A stretch of DNA of 64,000 nt from Azolla caroliniana. Its lineage: Eukaryota > Plantae > Polypodiophyta. Below the pieces are notes generated by a model. That model ran no database searches. It was not told the origin of the DNA and saw only the letters and a list, made by a program, of their open reading frames with translations. The stretch spans positions 18,538,001 to 18,602,000 of the forward strand of contig JBHGNT010000001.1 in assembly GCA_043228905.1 (NCBI GenBank), read 5' to 3'. Both the position numbers and the translations under genes were made by a program. Below are positions 61,200 through 64,000 of the stretch, in pieces (positions within the stretch are counted from its first letter, which is position 1; each line of letters begins with the position of its first letter).

Positions 61200-63145
61200 T
61201 GCCTTAATTCCTTATGGCATGCAACTTGAGCCATTGTTGTGTTTTAGCATACCAACAATGATTATATCTGTGTTCAGAAAGTTGTTTTGATGACACAAGT
61301 GTCAACCTTGGGTACCCCCTTTTAGGGAACTCCCAAAGTAGTTGGATGCCAGTCACTGATTGGAATAATTCCTCAGTGATTATTGGGGCTGCTTCTATAT
61401 CTGTGTGGATTATAGCATGGGACACTAATGTGTTGCTACCTATCATTTGGGCAATCATTGAGATGAAATGTCTCTCGATATCTTTCTAGTTATTTTCCTT
61501 GCAAAGACTCGGTTCCCAGGTTTCTACTCCATAGAAAAGAGTCGGTGTGACAAGTGTATCAAATAGCCACATTATAATTTGTGGTTTTTGGAACTATATG
61601 GATGCACATTGTCTTTCAAGAGCACAATGGCTGCACATTGATGGGAAAATTGAGCACATGCAGAGCCTTTTGTAAGGAGAACCGAGGCCCTATGAATGTT
61701 ATTCCTAGCCATTTTAGTCCCTCCGGAGAGTCAGGGATCAACATAGTGTCATCAGCATAAAGTAATATTTGTGTGGCTATACATGCTAGGCATACTCCCA
61801 AATGGCTGAATCTCCCAATATAATGTGATACCTCATCTATGTAGAGACTAAAGAGAGGTGATAGTTTGCATCCTTGTTTACTCCAATTGCTTTTCTTGAC
61901 ACAGAATCATACAATGCATAGATTCCCCAATGCATATTTATGGGGATGCCAAGGGCTTCTAGCTACTGCATGAGCTGAGCACGTGCTACAATGTCAAAGG
62001 CTTTTTTAGGAAATTCTCAAAGTAGTAGTAAATCCTCTTTTTATGGGTTTTGTCCTCCTCAATAAGGGTTCCGAGGGTACCTATGTGATCCAAAGTTGTG
62101 AACCTCTTTAGAAAGTCTACTTGTCTTCTTGAACGGTAGCCATTCCTTTCTACCCATATACCCAATTATTACTCTAGGAGTGAACCCTATAGTTTAGCCA
62201 ATTAATGGCCAATCATGATTTTCCATTATTTCTCGGCCTTATGGGGTCTCCACTCTTGAATGGCACACTAGTATGTTCTGTCCAGTTACTCGGGAAACCA
62301 TCTCACATAGCTCCATTAAGGATGTCTGCTATCAACAAGAGCAACATGTCACTGGCATAGATAAAGTGCCCAACTGCCAATCCTTGATGATCTTGCTGGG
62401 CCTTTCAAAATTGTAAAGGATCCATGGTGTTTCTTACATTTTGTGAAGTAAAACAGATAGATTCACGTGGGCGTGTTATTTGGGTGGGGGAGTGAGGGCT
62501 TTCTGGGGATAACATATAGTATCTTTGCATATTCATGCCACACCTCAGGGAAGGCCATTTATGTTGTTGGTTGCCTCTCAATTAAACATTTTCCATGCTC
62601 TTTTACTTTATAGTCTTGGGAACAAATGATTTCAAATTTACCCAAATATGATATCTTCTTCCTTACGAGGTGTTGGAAGGTTTCTATTTCTTGTTTGCGT
62701 GTACAAATTCCCCAAGTTACTTCGCCTTGCAATCATTTCCTTGTATCATGACATTCCTCATCATGCCAACTATTTTGTAGGACACTTTCAGGTGTAGATG
62801 CAGTGCCAGTTGTGTGGAGAAAAGCCTTTGTGGCTGATTTATGCAATGACTTTGATAATCTTGTGTGACTTCTTCTAGGGGTGTGAAAGGATCCAAACCT
62901 AGAATGCCATTGTATACTCCAAAACTATACACATCAACTATCTGCCGAGTAAATCGGTATTTTACTATATACATCCTTTGTGCATCCATCCTTCACCACA
63001 AAGGGTAGATATGTGTGATCTGCTACCAAGCTAGTAGGTCTACTAGGATTGTGCTTGCACCTCCTTTTGGGTTCCAACAAGTGAATGCATCTGATTAGGG
63101 CTATTTTGACAAACCATCATATATCATAAATCCATGTGCACTTCC
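61200..63145 (-). mobile_element. Degenerate LINE (endonuclease-RT) in intron 4, antisense to the gene
   Basis: Minus-strand QILLYADD, QGC.LSPLFSLYIDE, KAFD; endonuclease-like HG..IY.G...FTC...GGAST near 63000-63145. Confidence 0.75.
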
Positions 63146-63730
63146 TGTTGGGAGTAAAGGGCCATCGTGCCTTTTATTAGTGCACGAGTGTGAATGCACT
63201 CGTAGCACATTTTTCACTTGTATATACATAACCATGTGCACTTCCTGTTGGGAGTAAAGGGCCATTGTGCCTTTTATTAGTGCACGAGTGTGAATGCACT
63301 CGTAGCACATTTTTCACTTGTATATACATAATATCTAAAAACCAAAAAAGTGGTACACTCTTTGTACCCAAGACAGCGTGTATCTCTGTCTCTCTCTCTC
63401 CCTCTTTGGTTGACCTAAACCCTAATCCTCGTGCTGCCCTTCAAACTGGTATCAGAGCAGGGTTTAGGGTTTTTTGCAGAGCAAGTCTTTTTTTTTCTAC
63501 AGAGCAGATCACGTTTTTTTGCAGAACAAGTCTTTTTTTTTTTGCAGAGTAGGTCATGTTTTCTACAGAGCAAGTCCCTTTTCTGCAGAGCAGGTTTGGT
63601 CCTCCATTTGGGCTAAGAAATCATGACTAACAGTAGTGACAGTAGCCACCTTATGCACATCAAGAAGCTTGACGGTGCACATAACTTTGCGGTATGGAAA
63701 AAGTAGTGCTACAACATCTTGTTGCAGAAG
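63146..63730 (+). mobile_element. 5' end of a Ty1/Copia: LTR to 63443, PBS 63447-63458, gag start at 63623
   Basis: TGTTGGG start, TGGTATCAGAGC, IKKLDGAHNFAVWK; a 100-bp duplication spans the junction; short TTTTGCAGAGCA repeats in the leader. Confidence 0.8.
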
Positions 63731-64000
63731 ATTACTTTATTGTTGAAATCCCCGTTGGTGACTTCGATATTTCGTTATGTAAGGAAATGCCTATAGCCAT
63801 AATGATGTTGAGTACGTAGGGCTTGGCCCACTTCATGTGAGGTCGCTCCTATGACACACATATCCAACATCCCTCCCTCATTACATGGATATGATGCCAC
63901 CATGAAATCATTCTTACGAGAGACATTCGTAATGACGTAACCATGTGATGGGCCACGTGGGCCTACTACGAAAAGAGGGCTCATTTGGCTTGACCATTAG

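Noticed and set aside
63741-64000. Another nested LTR starting TGTTGAAA
   Set aside because: Plausible, but it is cut by the window edge and no end, PBS or TSD is visible.

Overview
Eukaryotic DNA from a land plant, probably non-seed (fern/lycophyte-like; the organism is an inference). About 56 kb is a nest of retrotransposons, followed by the first four coding exons of a host RTN4IP1-like mitochondrial MDR oxidoreductase gene (57032-60948, continuing beyond the window). An old L1-type LINE (ORF2 8222-36328, poly(A) 36475-36484) is split by a non-autonomous Gypsy, a Copia (itself hosting an apparently intact 7.4-kb Gypsy), a 1.8-kb insert and a second Copia. The main observations are: (1) a TGTCG...CGACA-terminated, tRNA-Trp-primed Gypsy family whose five readable insertion sites are all 4-bp sites centred on CG (two exact TSDs, one reconstructed, two one-sided); (2) its intact copy has a -1 slippery site plus a predicted H-type pseudoknot after the protease; (3) antisense tRNA-like Pol III A-box/B-box/T4 cassettes in the LTRs of two different Gypsy lineages; (4) a Copia family with a duplicated PPT bracketing a charged C-terminal extension; (5) intronic tandem repeats resembling the gene's own 3' splice site. 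All calls were read by eye and no database searches were run.
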